DNA of 64,000 nucleotides from Anaeramoeba ignava BMAN (GCA_028826165.1 JAPDFW010000138.1:58218-122217), one strand, 5' to 3'; counted from the first letter of the stretch, positions 27,601 to 45,489 are shown. The notes: generated by a model from the letters alone, not told the origin. Program-made: numbers and translations.

Positions 27601-28125
27601 AATCAAATATAAATCAAATATAAATCAAATATATAAATTAAATATAAATTAAATTTAAATCAAATATAAATCAAATATAAATCAAATATAAATCAAATAT
27701 AAATCAAATATAAATTAAATATAAATCAAATTTAAATCAAATATAAATTAAATATAAATCAAATTAAAAAATAAAAAGGAGCTGATCATGCAAAAACATT
27801 AGCAGCTATTTTACCAGGATTGTGGAAATACAAAAAAGAACAAAAGAAAGAAAAACTTGCAATGATGGCAGAAAGAGTTTATGGGAAAAAAGAAGGAACT
27901 GATGATGAAAAAGCAGATTTTACAATTCAAAAAACAATTGAATTCTTTAATAGTATTGGAATGAAAACAACTTTATCTTCTGTTGGAATTGGAAAAGAAA
28001 ACTTTAATGAAATTTCTAAAAGAATTAATAATAGATTTACAATTTTAAAAGCACCTCCTCTTGGAGAAAATGCAGATATTTATGCTAAAGATATTATTAA
28101 AATTCTTGAATTATGCAATCTTTAA
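24677..28125 (+). CDS. Iron-containing alcohol dehydrogenase, YqhD/BdhA-like, copy 3; 11 exons
   Basis: Close paralog of copy 2; DWAIHAIGHEITAMTGADHAKT. Confidence 0.92.
26545..27765. repeat. (AAATCAAATAT)n 11-mer satellite in the last intron of ADH copy 3, about 1.2 kb
   Basis: Same unit as in copy 2, about twice as long. Confidence 0.92.
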
Positions 28126-28403
28126 AAAAAAAAACCAATTTAAAATTTTCTTTTTTTTTGATTTTTTATTTGAAAAAAGAAAAAGAAAAAGAAAAAGAAA
28201 ATTCAAACTAAAAAAAAAATAAATTCCAAAACTTTGAAATAGTTTTTTTTTGTGTTTGAATTTTTGAACTTTTGAATTTTTGAGAATTTGAGTTTTCAGT
28301 TAGAAAGAAAATACTAATTGAATGAATAAACTATGCGTTTTTGTCAATCAGAAAAAAAAAAATTTGTTTCAAAAAAAAAAGTAAATCAATTAAGAAAAAA
28401 GAA

Positions 28404-30254
<1,851 letters not shown>

Positions 30255-30525
30255 TTCAAAACAAAACAAAACAAAATAAAACAAAACAAATTAAAAGAAA
30301 AAAAAAAATTATAAAAAAAAAAACTAAGTAAATGAAAAAAAAATGAAAAATAAAAAGAAAAATTATTTTTAATTAAAAAAAATTTTTTGATCTTATTAAA
30401 GGGGGCTTAATTAAAAATAATTAATAAAAAAAAAAAGGAGAAAAAAAAAATAAATTTATTCTCCTTTTTATTTTTCATTTTTTTTTCATTTTTTTTTCAT
30501 TTTTTATTTTGTTGTTAAATTAAAA

Positions 30526-33277
<2,752 letters not shown>

Positions 33278-33680
33278 TTTCAAATTTATTTTATTTTCTC
33301 TTCTTTTTTTTTTGAATTCCTGTTTTCAATTTACTAAATAATTTTGGTATTTTTTAAATTAAAATACATTCAAAAAATAAATTAAAAAAAAAAATTAAAA
33401 AAAAAGCAAAATTTTTTTGGATTGTTTTTAATTAAAAAAAAAATAAATAAAAGAAGAAAGTTTTTTCTTAATTCTTCTTTTATTGTTTATTGTTTTAAAT
33501 AATTTTATTTATTTAATTCTTCTTTTGTTGTTTTTAATTTTGAAAATTTTTTTTTAAAATAAAAAAGCAAAAATTTTATTTTCATTTTTTTCTTTTTCAT
33601 TTTTTATTTTTTTTACTTATTTCTATTTCTATTTCTATTTCTATTTTAAATTACTTTTTATTTACACTTTTTATTTTTAA

Positions 33681-36372
33681 ATGGAGAATTCAATTTCTAG
33701 AGAAACAATCCTTAATTCTTTAGAAGGAGAAAATTTTCAAACGATGAAGTAAGTTAAAATATTTTGAAAAGCGTTTCAACTTTTTTATTTTTCAATTATA
33801 AAAAATAATATAAAAAAGCAATCCCCCTTTTTAAGTTTTATTTAAGTTTTAATAAGTTTTTTTATTTATTTTTTATTTTTTAATTTAAGTTTTAATAAGA
33901 TTTTTTTTCCCTAAAATAACAAATTAACCCTTTGAAAAAATTTTTTTATAATTAAATTTATTTAATTATTTTTTTTCAAATAGTGAATAATTTTCCTATT
34001 AAATTTGACAACTTGTTTAATTTCCAATTTTAAATCTATTTTAATTAATTAAATTTTAAATCAATTTTAAATCAATTTTCCTAATCAATTTTCCTAATCA
34101 ATTTACCAACTTTTTTTTTTTTGATCAATTTTATTTGATCAATTAAATCAATTTTATATCAATTTTATATCAATTTTATATCAATTCTATATTAATTTTA
34201 TATCAATTTTATATTAATTTTAAATCAATTTTATATCAATTTTATATTAATTCTATATTAATTTTATATTAATTTTATATCAATTTTATATTAATTTTAT
34301 ATCAATTTTATATCAATTTTATATCAATTTTATATCAATTAAATCAATTTTAAATTAATTTTAAATCAATTTTAAATCAATTTTAAATTAATTTTTATAT
34401 TAATTTTATATCAATTTTATATCAATTTTTAAATCAATTTTATATCAATTTTATATCAATTTTTAAATCAATTTTATATCAATTTTATATCAATTTTATA
34501 TTAATTTTATATCAATTTTAAATCAATTTTATATCAATTTTAAATCAATTTTATATCAATTTTATATCAATTTTAAATCAATTTTAAATCAATTTTTATA
34601 TCAATTTTATATCAATTTTAAATCAATTTTATATCAATTTTATATCAATTTTATATCAATTTTATATTAATTTTTATATCAATTTTATATCAATTTTATA
34701 TCAATTTTATATCAATTTTATATCAATTTTAAATCAATTTTATATTAATTTTATATCAATTTTATATCAATTTTATATCAATTTTATATCAATTTTATAT
34801 CAATTTTATATCAATTTTTATATTAATTTTATATCAATTTTTAAATCAATTTTATATCAATTTTATATCAATTTTATATTAATTTTATATCAATTTTATA
34901 TCAATTTTAAATCAATTTTATATCAATTTTAAATCAATTTTATATCAATTTTATATCAATTTTAAATCAATTTTATATCAATTTTATATCAATTTTATAT
35001 CAATTTTATATCAATTTTATATCAATTTTATATCAATTTTATATCAATTTTATATCAATTTTATATCAATTTTATATCAATTTTATATTAATTTTATATT
35101 AATTTTAAATCAATTTTATATCAATTTTATATCAATTTTATATCAATTTTATATCAATTTTATATCAATTTTAAATCAATTTTAAATCAATTTTATATCA
35201 ATTTTATATCAATTTTAAATCAATTTTAAATCAATTTAATATTTAATTTGAATAGGCAACTTTTCCAAAATTTTGGACCAGATGGATGGAATAGTATGAC
35301 TTATCAAGATATTAATATTGAACAATGTACAGATGGAATAACAAATAGAATATACAAATTTGAGGCACGAGGAAAAGACACAGAACCACCACATCTTCTA
35401 ATGCGAGTTAACGGAAAAAACACAGAAACAATAATCGATCGAGAGCATGAAACAAATATGATTAATTTTCTTGCAAGTTTTGGATTTGGTCCAAAAATTT
35501 ATGGAATATTTCAAAACGGTTTTATTTATGAATATGTTGAAGGAAGAACTGTTAAAATTGAAGAAATGAGAGATCCACATATTCAAGAATTAATAGCAAG
35601 GAGAATGGCAAGATTGCATTTACTTCCACATGAAGAATTAAATGAGAATATAAATTTAAATGAAAATTCAAATGAAAATTCAAATGAAAAATTAAATGAA
35701 AATTCAAATGAAAATTCAAATGAAAAATCAAATGAAAAATCAAATCAAAATTTAAATGAACACAGATATATTTTCCTAACAATTCATTCATGGTTTAATT
35801 CAATTCCTAAAGATCTTCCAGATCCAGAAAAAAATAAACTTTTCCATGAAGTTGATATTGATCAAGTTCGAAATTGGGTTGAATTACTTAAGCAAACAAT
35901 ATATGAAAAACTTGGAAAAGAACCAAATATTGCAATTTGTCATAATGATCTTCTCAATGGAAATATTATTTATCATGAAGAATCAGATTCAATTAGATTC
36001 ATTGATTTTGAATATGCAAAAAAAAATTATTGTGGATTTGATATTGCAAATCATTTGAATGAATATCCAGGTTTTGAAATGGATTTAAAAAACATGCCTG
36101 ATTCTGATACTATTAAGACTTTTGTCAAACATTATCTCTCTGAATTCAATTCGATTCCTATTGATCAAATTGAACAAAAAGATTTGGATTCAAAATATTT
36201 GGAAGTTAGATTGTTTCAATTGGTTTCTTTGATTTATTGGGGTGTTTGGAGTTTGGTTCAATCAGGTATTTCAGATATTGATTTTGATTACGTTTCTTAT
36301 GCTAAGAGAAGGTTTTTTGCTTTTCAAGTTGAGAAAGAAAAAGTGAATAAGGAATTTGGTTTTGAAATTTGA
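33681..36372 (+). CDS. Ethanolamine/choline kinase; intron 33749-35255
   Basis: DGITNRIYK, LMRVNGKNTETIIDREHE, GFIYEYVEGR, Brenner motif CHNDLLNGNII, FIDFEYA..GFDIANHLNEY, SDIDFDY. Exon 1 joins in phase 2. Confidence 0.93.
34120..35235. repeat. (ATCAATTTTAT)n 11-mer satellite in the kinase intron
   Basis: Period-11 repeat. Confidence 0.93.
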
Positions 36373-36743
36373 TTTTAAATTGATTTCATTTAAAATTCAT
36401 TTAAAATTGATTTTAATTGATTTGAAATTGATTTCATTTCATTTAATTGATTTAATTGATTTTAAATTGATTTCATTTAAAATTCATTTAAAATTGATTT
36501 TAATTGATTTAATTGATTTAAAATTGATTTGATTGATTTAAAATTGATTTCATTTCATTTTAAATTGATTTAATTGATTTCGTTTCATTTAATTGATTTA
36601 AAATTGATTTCATTTCAATTCTTTGAATTTTCATCAAAATCCAAAAAAAAAAATAAATCAAAACATTTTTTTTCATTTTTCATTTTTCATTTTTCATTTT
36701 TCATTTTTCATTTTTCATTTTTTTTTTTAATTTCAATTTGAAT

Positions 36744-37250
36744 ATGAATTTTCTTGGAACAAAAACAAAAAAAATAAAAAGACTTGTTGTTACTTTTCCA
36801 AAAAAAATCACAGAAACAGAATTTTTAGAAACAATTCAACAATTTATAACAAACATAAAATCATCAAAATTTAGTGAAGGAAAAAAAAGAGGAAAATCAA
36901 CAGCATTTATTCAATTTTATAATTCAATGAATTTAAAAGAATTTGTAGAAAAATATCCTCAAAATAAAAAATTTCAAGAATTTACTCAAAATTGTATTTT
37001 TAGTTATTCTCTTATTCAAAAATCTTATCCTGTTGGAATTCATAATCCAAAAGAAAATACTTTTGAAGAAAATAAAGAATTTCAAATTATTTTGGATAAA
37101 ATTGAAAAAATTAATCAAAAAAGAGATACTTCTGAACCTGATAAAATGATTAAAAAAATTTATGAACATAACGAAAAAGTTAAAGAAAAATTCAAAAAAC
37201 CTACTCCACTTTTGAAAGATTTACAAAATAATACGACGCGTGCTAATTAA
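36744..37250 (+). CDS. UPF3: Short UPF3-like NMD factor (Smg4/UPF3 RRM-like domain)
   Basis: KRLVVTFPKKITETEF..STAFIQF..FSYSLIQK..KENTFEENKEFQIIL..KPTPLLKDL follows the UPF3 pattern KVVIRRLPP..RAYINF..EFAPFQK..GTI..DPEY..TPLL; divergent. Confidence 0.65.
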   Translation: MNFLGTKTKKIKRLVVTFPKKITETEFLETIQQFITNIKSSKFSEGKKRGKSTAFIQFYNSMNLKEFVEKYPQNKKFQEFTQNCIFSYSLIQKSYPVGIHNPKENTFEENKEFQIILDKIEKINQKRDTSEPDKMIKKIYEHNEKVKEKFKKPTPLLKDLQNNTTRAN

Positions 37251-37440
37251 AATTAAAATTAAAATTAAAAATTAAAACTAAAATCAAAATTAAAATTAAA
37301 ATTAAAATTAAAATTAAAATTAAAATTAAAATTTAAAATTAAATTTAAAATTAAAATTAAAATCAAAATTAAAATTAAAATTAAAATCAAAAATAAAAAT
37401 TTTTTCATTTTTTCATTTTTTCATTTTTTTCTTTTCAAAA

Positions 37441-39237
37441 ATGAATGATTGCTTATTTTTTGGTAAAAATACAAGACCAATTCTTATAAAAAATGAACCA
37501 GATAAAATAACAAGACCAATTCAATTTAAATTTGAAAATGAAAATGAAAATGAAAATGAAAAACAAATTAAACAAATTTTAATAGGAATATTTTCAACAA
37601 TTTTCCTTTTTAAAAATGGAAAAGCAATAGAATATTTAAATAAAAATGATTCAAATCAAAATCCTGAAAAAATCCAAATTGAAGAAAATATTGAAAAAGT
37701 AACTGCTGGTTATTGGAATGAAGCTATTTTAACAAAAGAAAGAAATGTATTTGCCAAAGGAAAATATATCAATACAGATAATCCAAACCAATTTATCAAT
37801 ATTTCATCATTAATTGAAGATACAAATGATAGAATAATTCAAGATATTGTTTCTGCTTGGAGTTCAATTTACTTACTAACTTCAAATCAAAATGCTTATG
37901 GAATTGGTTCAAATGAAAAATGTCAACTTGGTTTTGATTCTGAAACACTTAATGAAACACAAAAACCAATTTTAATGATGAAAAATGTTTCTAAAATATT
38001 TTCAGGAAATTCTTCAAATCATGCTTTTCTTTTAAATTCAAATCAAGAATTATTTGGATGCGGTTGGAATCATTACAGTCAACTTGGATTAGGAGAATCA
38101 AGAAAAGAAGAAGAAATTCAAAAATTAACTCAAATCCAAAATATTCCAAAAGGTAAAATAATTGATATTAAATGTGGATATGCTCATTCAATAATGTTGA
38201 TTGAACAAGAAGATGAAAATGAAAATCCAAAAAGAAAACTTTATTCATGTGGATTTTATCGATATAATGAAATTGGTCAAGAATATGAAGAAGATAGTTA
38301 TAAATTTACTGAAATCAAATCATCTTTATTTGAAAATGAAAATATTAATATTCTTGAAATTTCTGTTGGAAGAGATCATAATTTGATTTTAACTTCCAAT
38401 TCAAAATTAATTTCATTTGGAAATAATTGGTATGGTCAATTAGGAACTGGAGATACAAAATCTCAATTAAGTCCAATTCAAATTGAACTTCCTAAATTAA
38501 GATTTAATGAAAATATTTCTAATTATCATATTTCTTGTGGAGTTGATAGTTCGTTTCTTTATTATTCTCCTTTTCTTTCTTCTTTTTCCAATCTTGAAGA
38601 AGATTTGATAAAACTATTTAGAAGAAAAGAATTTTGTAATATTTCATTTAAAACCAAAAATGGAGAAATAATTGAAGCTCATAAATTAATATTGAAATAT
38701 AGATTAAATCAAGATCAAAATCAAATTGAAAAACTTCAAGAAATTATTTCAAATAAATCAATTAAAGAATCAAATCAAATATTTGAAATGATTTATTCAA
38801 ACAGAATAATAAATCCAAAATTATATTTTGAAATTAAAGAAATTATAAATTCAAATGAAAAAATTGAAGAAACAATTAAAAGAATTTATTTAAATGAAAA
38901 TGAAAATGAAAATGAAAAAGATTTTATAATTGAAAGAAAAGAAAAACAATATAAATTTCCTAAATTAATATTAATAATGAGAAGTGAATTATATCGAGGA
39001 ATGTTTTTATCTGTAACAAATGATACTTCTAATAAAGTTACAGATTATAGTGAATTAAGTAATAAATCATTTCAAATATTTGAATATTGGATTTATTCAA
39101 ATCAAATTAAAGATGAAATTGAAATTACACAAGAAATTATTGATGAAATTAAAATTGGAATTGATTATTTTCAATTAAATCAAACAAATCCAAATTTATT
39201 TGATTTATTAATTAACAAATTTAATAATCAAAATTAA
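37441..39237 (+). CDS. RCC1-repeat + BTB protein, copy 1 (intact)
   Basis: RCC1 repeats (GxNxxxQLG, IxCGxxHS) and C-terminal BTB-like segments (FCNISF..EAHKLIL; DFII..FPKLILIMRSELYRGMF); intronless. Confidence 0.88.
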   Translation: MNDCLFFGKNTRPILIKNEPDKITRPIQFKFENENENENEKQIKQILIGIFSTIFLFKNGKAIEYLNKNDSNQNPEKIQIEENIEKVTAGYWNEAILTKERNVFAKGKYINTDNPNQFINISSLIEDTNDRIIQDIVSAWSSIYLLTSNQNAYGIGSNEKCQLGFDSETLNETQKPILMMKNVSKIFSGNSSNHAFLLNSNQELFGCGWNHYSQLGLGESRKEEEIQKLTQIQNIPKGKIIDIKCGYAHSIMLIEQEDENENPKRKLYSCGFYRYNEIGQEYEEDSYKFTEIKSSLFENENINILEISVGRDHNLILTSNSKLISFGNNWYGQLGTGDTKSQLSPIQIELPKLRFNENISNYHISCGVDSSFLYYSPFLSSFSNLEEDLIKLFRRKEFCNISFKTKNGEIIEAHKLILKYRLNQDQNQIEKLQEIISNKSIKESNQIFEMIYSNRIINPKLYFEIKEIINSNEKIEETIKRIYLNENENENEKDFIIERKEKQYKFPKLILIMRSELYRGMFLSVTNDTSNKVTDYSELSNKSFQIFEYWIYSNQIKDEIEITQEIIDEIKIGIDYFQLNQTNPNLFDLLINKFNNQN

Positions 39238-39468
39238 AATCAAAATCAAAATTAAAATAATTTAAAATTAAAATTAAAATTAAAATTAAAATTAAAATTA
39301 AAATTAAAATTAAAATTAAAATTAAAATTAAAATTAAAATTAAAATTAAAATTAAAATTAAAATTAAAATTAAAAATTAAAATTAAAATTAAAATTAAAA
39401 TTAAAATTAAAAATCAAAAATTAAAATTTTTTCATTTTTTCATTTTTTCATTTTTTTCTTTTTCAAAA

Positions 39469-41380
39469 ATGAATGATTGTTTATTTTTTGGTAAAAATAA
39501 ATTTCCAAAATTCTTTCGAGATAAAGAAGATAAAATAAGAAAACCAATTCAATTTAAATTTGAAAATGAAAATGAAAATGAAAATGAAAATGAAAATGAA
39601 AATGAAAATGAAAATGAAAATGAAAATGAAAATGAAAATGAAAATGAAAATGAAAATGAAAAACAAATTAAACAAATTTCAACAAGTTATTTTTCAACAA
39701 TTTTCCTTTTTGAAAATGGAAAAGCAATAGAATATTCAAAAAATTTAAATAAAAAACCTCAAAAAATCCAAATTGAAAATATTCAAAAAGTATCTGTTGG
39801 CGATAATATCGAAGCTATTTTAACAATAGAAGGAAATGTATTTGCCAAAGGAAACGATATTAATCCAAAAAACCCAAAAGAATTTATTAATATTTCATCA
39901 TTAATTGAAGATACAAATGATAGAATAATTCAAGATATTGTTTGCGGAGATGATTCAATTTACTTATTAACTTCAAATCAAAATGCTTATGTAATTGGTG
40001 ACAATGAATATTCTCAAATTCATTTTGATTCTGAAATACTTAAAGAAACACAAAAACCAATTTTAATGATGAAAAATGTTTCTAAAATATTTTCAGGAAT
40101 TTATTCAACCTCTGTTTTTCTTTTAAATTCAAATCAAGAATTATTTTGTGTGGGTTTGAATTATTATGGTAGACTTGGTGTAAGCTTTTCAAATATGGAA
40201 GAAATCGATAAATTAACCAAAATACAAAAAATTCCAAAAGGCAAAATAATTGATATTCAATGTGGGAATTTTCATTCAATAATGTTAATTGAAAATGAAA
40301 ATGAAGATGAAAATCAAAATCCAAAAAGAAAACTTTATTCATGTGGATATCATCAAATCAATGGACTTGAAGAGTATGTTTACGAATTTACTGAAATCAA
40401 ATTATCTTTATTTGAAAATGATGATAATATTCTTGATTTTTCTGTTGGAAGATTCCATACTTTGATTTTAACATCCAAAGGGAAAATGATTGGTTTTGGA
40501 TATAATTATTATGGTCAATTAGGAAACGGAACAACAAAAGATGAATCAATTCCTATTCAAATTAAACTTCCTAAATTAAGATTTAATGAAGAAATTTACA
40601 ATTATCATATTTCTTGTGGAGAAAACAATTCATTTATTTATTATTCCCAACCTTTTATTTCCAATCTTGAAGAAGATTTGATAAAATTATTTAGAAGAAA
40701 AGAATTTTGTGATATTTCATTTAAAACTCAAAATCAAAATCAAAATCAAAATCAAAATCAAAATCAAAATCAAAATCAAAATCAAAATCAAAATCAAAAT
40801 CAAAATCAAAATCAAAATCAAAATATTGAAGCTCATAAATTAATATTGAAATATAGATTAAAAGATGAAAATCAAATTGAAAAACTTAAAGAAATTATTT
40901 CAAAAAAATCAATTAAAGAATCAAATCAAATATTTGAAATGATTTATTCAAATAATTCCAAAATAAATCCAAAATTATATTCTGAAATTAAAGAAATTAT
41001 AAATTCAAATGAAAAAATTGAAGAAACAATGAAAAGAATTTATTTAAATGAAAATGAAAATGAAAAAGATTTTATAATTGAAAGAAAAGAAAAACAATAT
41101 AAATTTCCCAAATTAATATTAATAATGAGAAGTGAATTATATCGAGGAATGTTTTTATCTGTAACAGAAGATAAATCTAATAAAGTTAGAGATTATAGTG
41201 AATTAAGTAATAAATCATTTCAAATATTTGAATATTGGATTTATTCAAATCAAATTAAAGATGAAATTCAAATTACACAAGAAATTATTAATGAAATTAG
41301 AAATTGGAATTGATTATTTTCAATTAAATCAAACAAATCCAAATTTATTTGATTTATTAATTAACAAATTTAATAATTAA
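39469..41380 (+). CDS. RCC1-BTB copy 2; extra A near 41299 alters the C-terminus
   Basis: Paralog of copy 1; gaaattAgaaattgga versus gaaattgaaattgga in copies 3 and 5. Confidence 0.82.
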
Positions 41381-41705
41381 AATTAAAATTAAAATTAAAA
41401 TTAAATTTAATAATTAAAATTAAAATTAAAATTAAAATTAAAATTAAAATTAAAATTAAAATTAAAATTAAAATTAAAATCAAAATTAAAATTAAAATTA
41501 AAATCAAAATTAAAATTAAAATTAAAATTAAAATTAAAATTAAAATTAAAATTAAAATTAAAATTAAAAATTAAAATTAAAATTAAAATTAAAATCAAAA
41601 TTAAAATTTAAAATTAAAATTAAAATCAAAATTAAAATTAAAATAAAAAAGTTCCAAAAATATTTTTTTCATTTTTTCATTTTTTCATTTTTTTACTTTT
41701 CAAAA

Positions 41706-43499
41706 ATGAATGATTGTTTATTTTTTGGTAAAAATACAAGACCAATTCTTATAAAAAATGAACCAGATAAAATAACAAGACCAATTCAATTTAAATTTGA
41801 AAATGAAAATGAAAATGAAAAACAAATTAAACAAATTTTAATAGGAATATTTTCAACAATTTTCCTTTTTAAAAATGGAAAAGCAATAGAATATTTAAAT
41901 AAAAATGATTCAAATCAAAATCCTGAAAAAATCCAAATTGAAAATATTCAAAAAGTAACTGTTGGTGTTCGAAATGAAGCTATTTTAACAAAAGAAGGAA
42001 ATGTATTTGCCAAAGGAAAATATATCAATACAGATAATCCAAACCAATTTATCAATATTTCATCATTAATTGAAGATCCAAATGATAGAATAATTCAAGA
42101 TATTGTTTCTGCTTGGAGTTCAATTTACTTACTAACTTCAAATCAAAATGCTTATGGAATTGGTTCAAATGAAAAATGTCAACTTGGTTTTGATTCTGAA
42201 ACACTTGAAAAAACAGAAAAACCAATTTTAATAATGAAAAATGTTTCTAAAATATTTTCAGGAAATTCTTCAAATCATGCTTTTCTTTTAAATTCAAATC
42301 AAGAATTATTTGGATGCGGTTGGAATCATTACAGTCAACTTGGATTAGGAGAATCAAGAAAAGAAGAAGAAATTCAAAAATTAACTAAAATCCAAAATAT
42401 TCCAAAAGGTAAAATAATTGATATTAAATGTGGATATGCTCATTCAATAATGTTGATTGAAAATGAAAATGAAAATCCAAAAAGAAAACTTTATTCATGT
42501 GGATTTTATCGATATAATGAAATTGGTCAAGAATATGAAGAAGATAGTTATAAATTTACTGAAATCAAATCATCTTTATTTGAAAATGATGATAATATTC
42601 TTGAAATTTCTGTTGGAAGAGATCATAATTTGATTTTAACTTCCAATTCAAAATTAATTTCATTTGGAAATAATTGGTATGGTCAATTAGGAACTGGAGA
42701 TACAAAATCTCAATTAAGTCCAATTCAAATTGAACTTCCTAAATTAAGATTTAATGAAAATATTTCTAATTATCATATTTCTTGTGGAGTTGATAGTTCG
42801 TTTCTTTATTATTCTCCTTTTCTTTCTCCTTTTTCCAATCTTGAAGAAGATTTGATAAAATTATTTAGAAGAAAAGAATTTTGTAATATTTCATTTAAAA
42901 CCAAAAATGGAGAAATAATTGAAGCTCATAAATTAATATTGAAATATAGATTAAATCAAAATGAAAATCAAATTGAAAAACTTCAAGAAATTATTTCAAA
43001 AAAATCAATTAAAGAATCAAATCAAATATTTGAAATGATTTATTCAAATAATTCCAAAATAAATCCAAAATTATATTCTGAAATTAAAGAAATTATAAAT
43101 TCAAATGAAAAAATTGAAGAAACAATTAAAAGAATTTATTTAAATGAAAATGAAAATGAAAAAGATTTTATAATTGAAAGAAAAGAAAAACAATATAAAT
43201 TTCCTAAATTAATATTAATAATGAGAAGTGAATTATATCGAGGAATGTTTTTATCTGTTACAAATGATACTTCTAATAAAGTTACAGATTATAGTGAATT
43301 AAGTAATAAATCATTTCAAATATTTGAATATTGGATTTATTCAAATCAAATTAAAAATGAAATTGAAATTACACAAGAAATTATTAATGAAATTGAAATT
43401 GGAATTGATTATTTTCAATTAAATCAAACAAATCCAAATTTATTTGATTTATTAATTAATAAATTTAATAATCAAAATCAAAATAAAAATAAAAATTAA
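41706..43499 (+). CDS. RCC1-BTB copy 3 (intact, near-identical to copy 1)
   Basis: Direct comparison with copy 1. Confidence 0.88.
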   Translation: MNDCLFFGKNTRPILIKNEPDKITRPIQFKFENENENEKQIKQILIGIFSTIFLFKNGKAIEYLNKNDSNQNPEKIQIENIQKVTVGVRNEAILTKEGNVFAKGKYINTDNPNQFINISSLIEDPNDRIIQDIVSAWSSIYLLTSNQNAYGIGSNEKCQLGFDSETLEKTEKPILIMKNVSKIFSGNSSNHAFLLNSNQELFGCGWNHYSQLGLGESRKEEEIQKLTKIQNIPKGKIIDIKCGYAHSIMLIENENENPKRKLYSCGFYRYNEIGQEYEEDSYKFTEIKSSLFENDDNILEISVGRDHNLILTSNSKLISFGNNWYGQLGTGDTKSQLSPIQIELPKLRFNENISNYHISCGVDSSFLYYSPFLSPFSNLEEDLIKLFRRKEFCNISFKTKNGEIIEAHKLILKYRLNQNENQIEKLQEIISKKSIKESNQIFEMIYSNNSKINPKLYSEIKEIINSNEKIEETIKRIYLNENENEKDFIIERKEKQYKFPKLILIMRSELYRGMFLSVTNDTSNKVTDYSELSNKSFQIFEYWIYSNQIKNEIEITQEIINEIEIGIDYFQLNQTNPNLFDLLINKFNNQNQNKNKN

Positions 43500-43712
43500 A
43501 TTTAAAATTAAAATTAAAATTAAAATAAAAATTAAAATTAAAATTAAAATCAAAATTAAAATTAAAATTAAAATTAAAATCAAAATTAAAATTAAAATTA
43601 AAATTAAAATTAAAATTAAAATTAAAATTAAAATGAAAAATCAAAATTAAAATCAAAATTAAAATCAAAATTTTTTCATTTTTTCATTTTTTCATTTTTT
43701 TTCTTTTCAAAA

Positions 43713-45489
43713 ATGAATGATTGTTTATTTTTTGGTGAAAATAAAGACCAATTCTTATAAAAATGAACCAGATGAAATAACAAAACCAATTCAATTTAAA
43801 TTTGAAAATGAAAATGAAAATGAAAATGAAAAACAAATTAAACAAATTTCAACAGGAAATTATTCAATAATTTTCCTTTTTGAAAATGGAAAAGCAATAG
43901 AATATTTAAGATATCCAAATCCAAATCAAAATCCTTCAAAAATCCAAATTAAAGAAAATATTCAAAAAGTATCTGTTGGTTATGAAAATGAAGCTATTTT
44001 AACAATAGAAGGAAATGTATTTGCAAAAGGATATGATATTAATCCAAAAAATACAAATGAATTTATCAATATTTCATCATTAATTGAAGATACAAATGAT
44101 AGAATAATTCAAGATATTGTTTCTGGATACAATTCAATTTACTTATTAACTTCAAATCAAAATGTTTATGGAATTGGTTTAAATCAATATGGTCAACTTG
44201 GTTTTGATCCTAAAAAACTTCCAAAAACACGAAAACCAATTTTAATAATGAAAAATGTTTCTAAAATATTTTCAGGAAATTCTTCAAGACACGTTTTTCT
44301 TTTAAATTCAAATCAAGAATTATTTGGATGCGGAAATAATTATTCTGGTCAACTTGGATTAGGAGAATCAAGAAAAGAAGAAGAAATTCAAAAATTAACC
44401 AAAATCCAAAATATTCCAAAAGGTAAAATAATTGATATTCAATGTGGATATTTTCATTCAATAATGTTAATTGAAAATGAAAATCAAAATCCAAAAAGAA
44501 AACTTTATTCAACTGGAAGACATGGTTATAATGGACTTGGCAAAAATGAATATACTTATGAATTTACTGAAATGAAATCATCTTTATTTGAAAATGATGA
44601 TAATATTCTTGATTTTTCTTGTGGAAATGTTCATAATTTGATTTTAACTTCCAATTCAAAATTGATAGTATTTGGAAGAAATTATTTTGGTGAATTAGGA
44701 ACTGGAGATACAAATGAGCAATTGATTCCAATTCAAATTGAACTTCCTAAATTAAGATTTAATGAAAATATTTCTAATTATCATATTTCTTGTGGATATA
44801 ATAAATCATTTCTTTATTATTCTCCTTCTCTTTACTCTTTTTCCAATCTTGAAGAAGATTTGATAAAATTATTTGAAAGAAAAGAATTTTGCAATATTTC
44901 ATTTAAAACCAAAAATGGAGAAATAATTTCAGCTCATAAATTAATATTAAAATATAGATTAAATCAAAATGAAAATCAAATTGAAAAACTTCAAGAAATT
45001 ATTTCAAAAAAATCAATTAAAGAATCAAATCAAATATTTGAAATGATTTATTCAAACAATTCCAAAATAAATCCAAAATTATATTCTGAAATTAAAGAAA
45101 TTATAAATTCCAATGAAAAAATTGAAGAAACAATTAAAAGAATTTATTTAAATGAAAATGAAAATGAAAAAGATTTTATAATTGAAAGAAAAGAAAAACA
45201 ATATAAATTTCCAAAATTAATATTAATAATGAGAAGTGAATTATATCGAGGAATGTTTTTATCTGTAACTGAAGATAAATCTAATAAAGTTACAGATTAT
45301 AGTGAATTAAGTAATAAATCATTTCAAATATTTGAATATTGGATTTATTCAAATCAAATTAAAGAAGGAATTCAAATTACACAAGAAATAATTAATGAAA
45401 TAGAAATTGGAATTGATTATTTTCAATTAAATCAAACAAATCCAAATTTATTTGATTTATTAATTAACAAATTTAATAATCAAAATTAA
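43713..45489 (+). CDS. RCC1-BTB copy 4; homologous ATG at 43713, with 1-nt indel damage in the first ~20 codons
   Basis: ATGAATGATTGTTTATTTTTTGGT start as in paralogs; aataaagacc versus aatacaagacc puts this ATG out of frame with the body of the gene. Confidence 0.8.
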
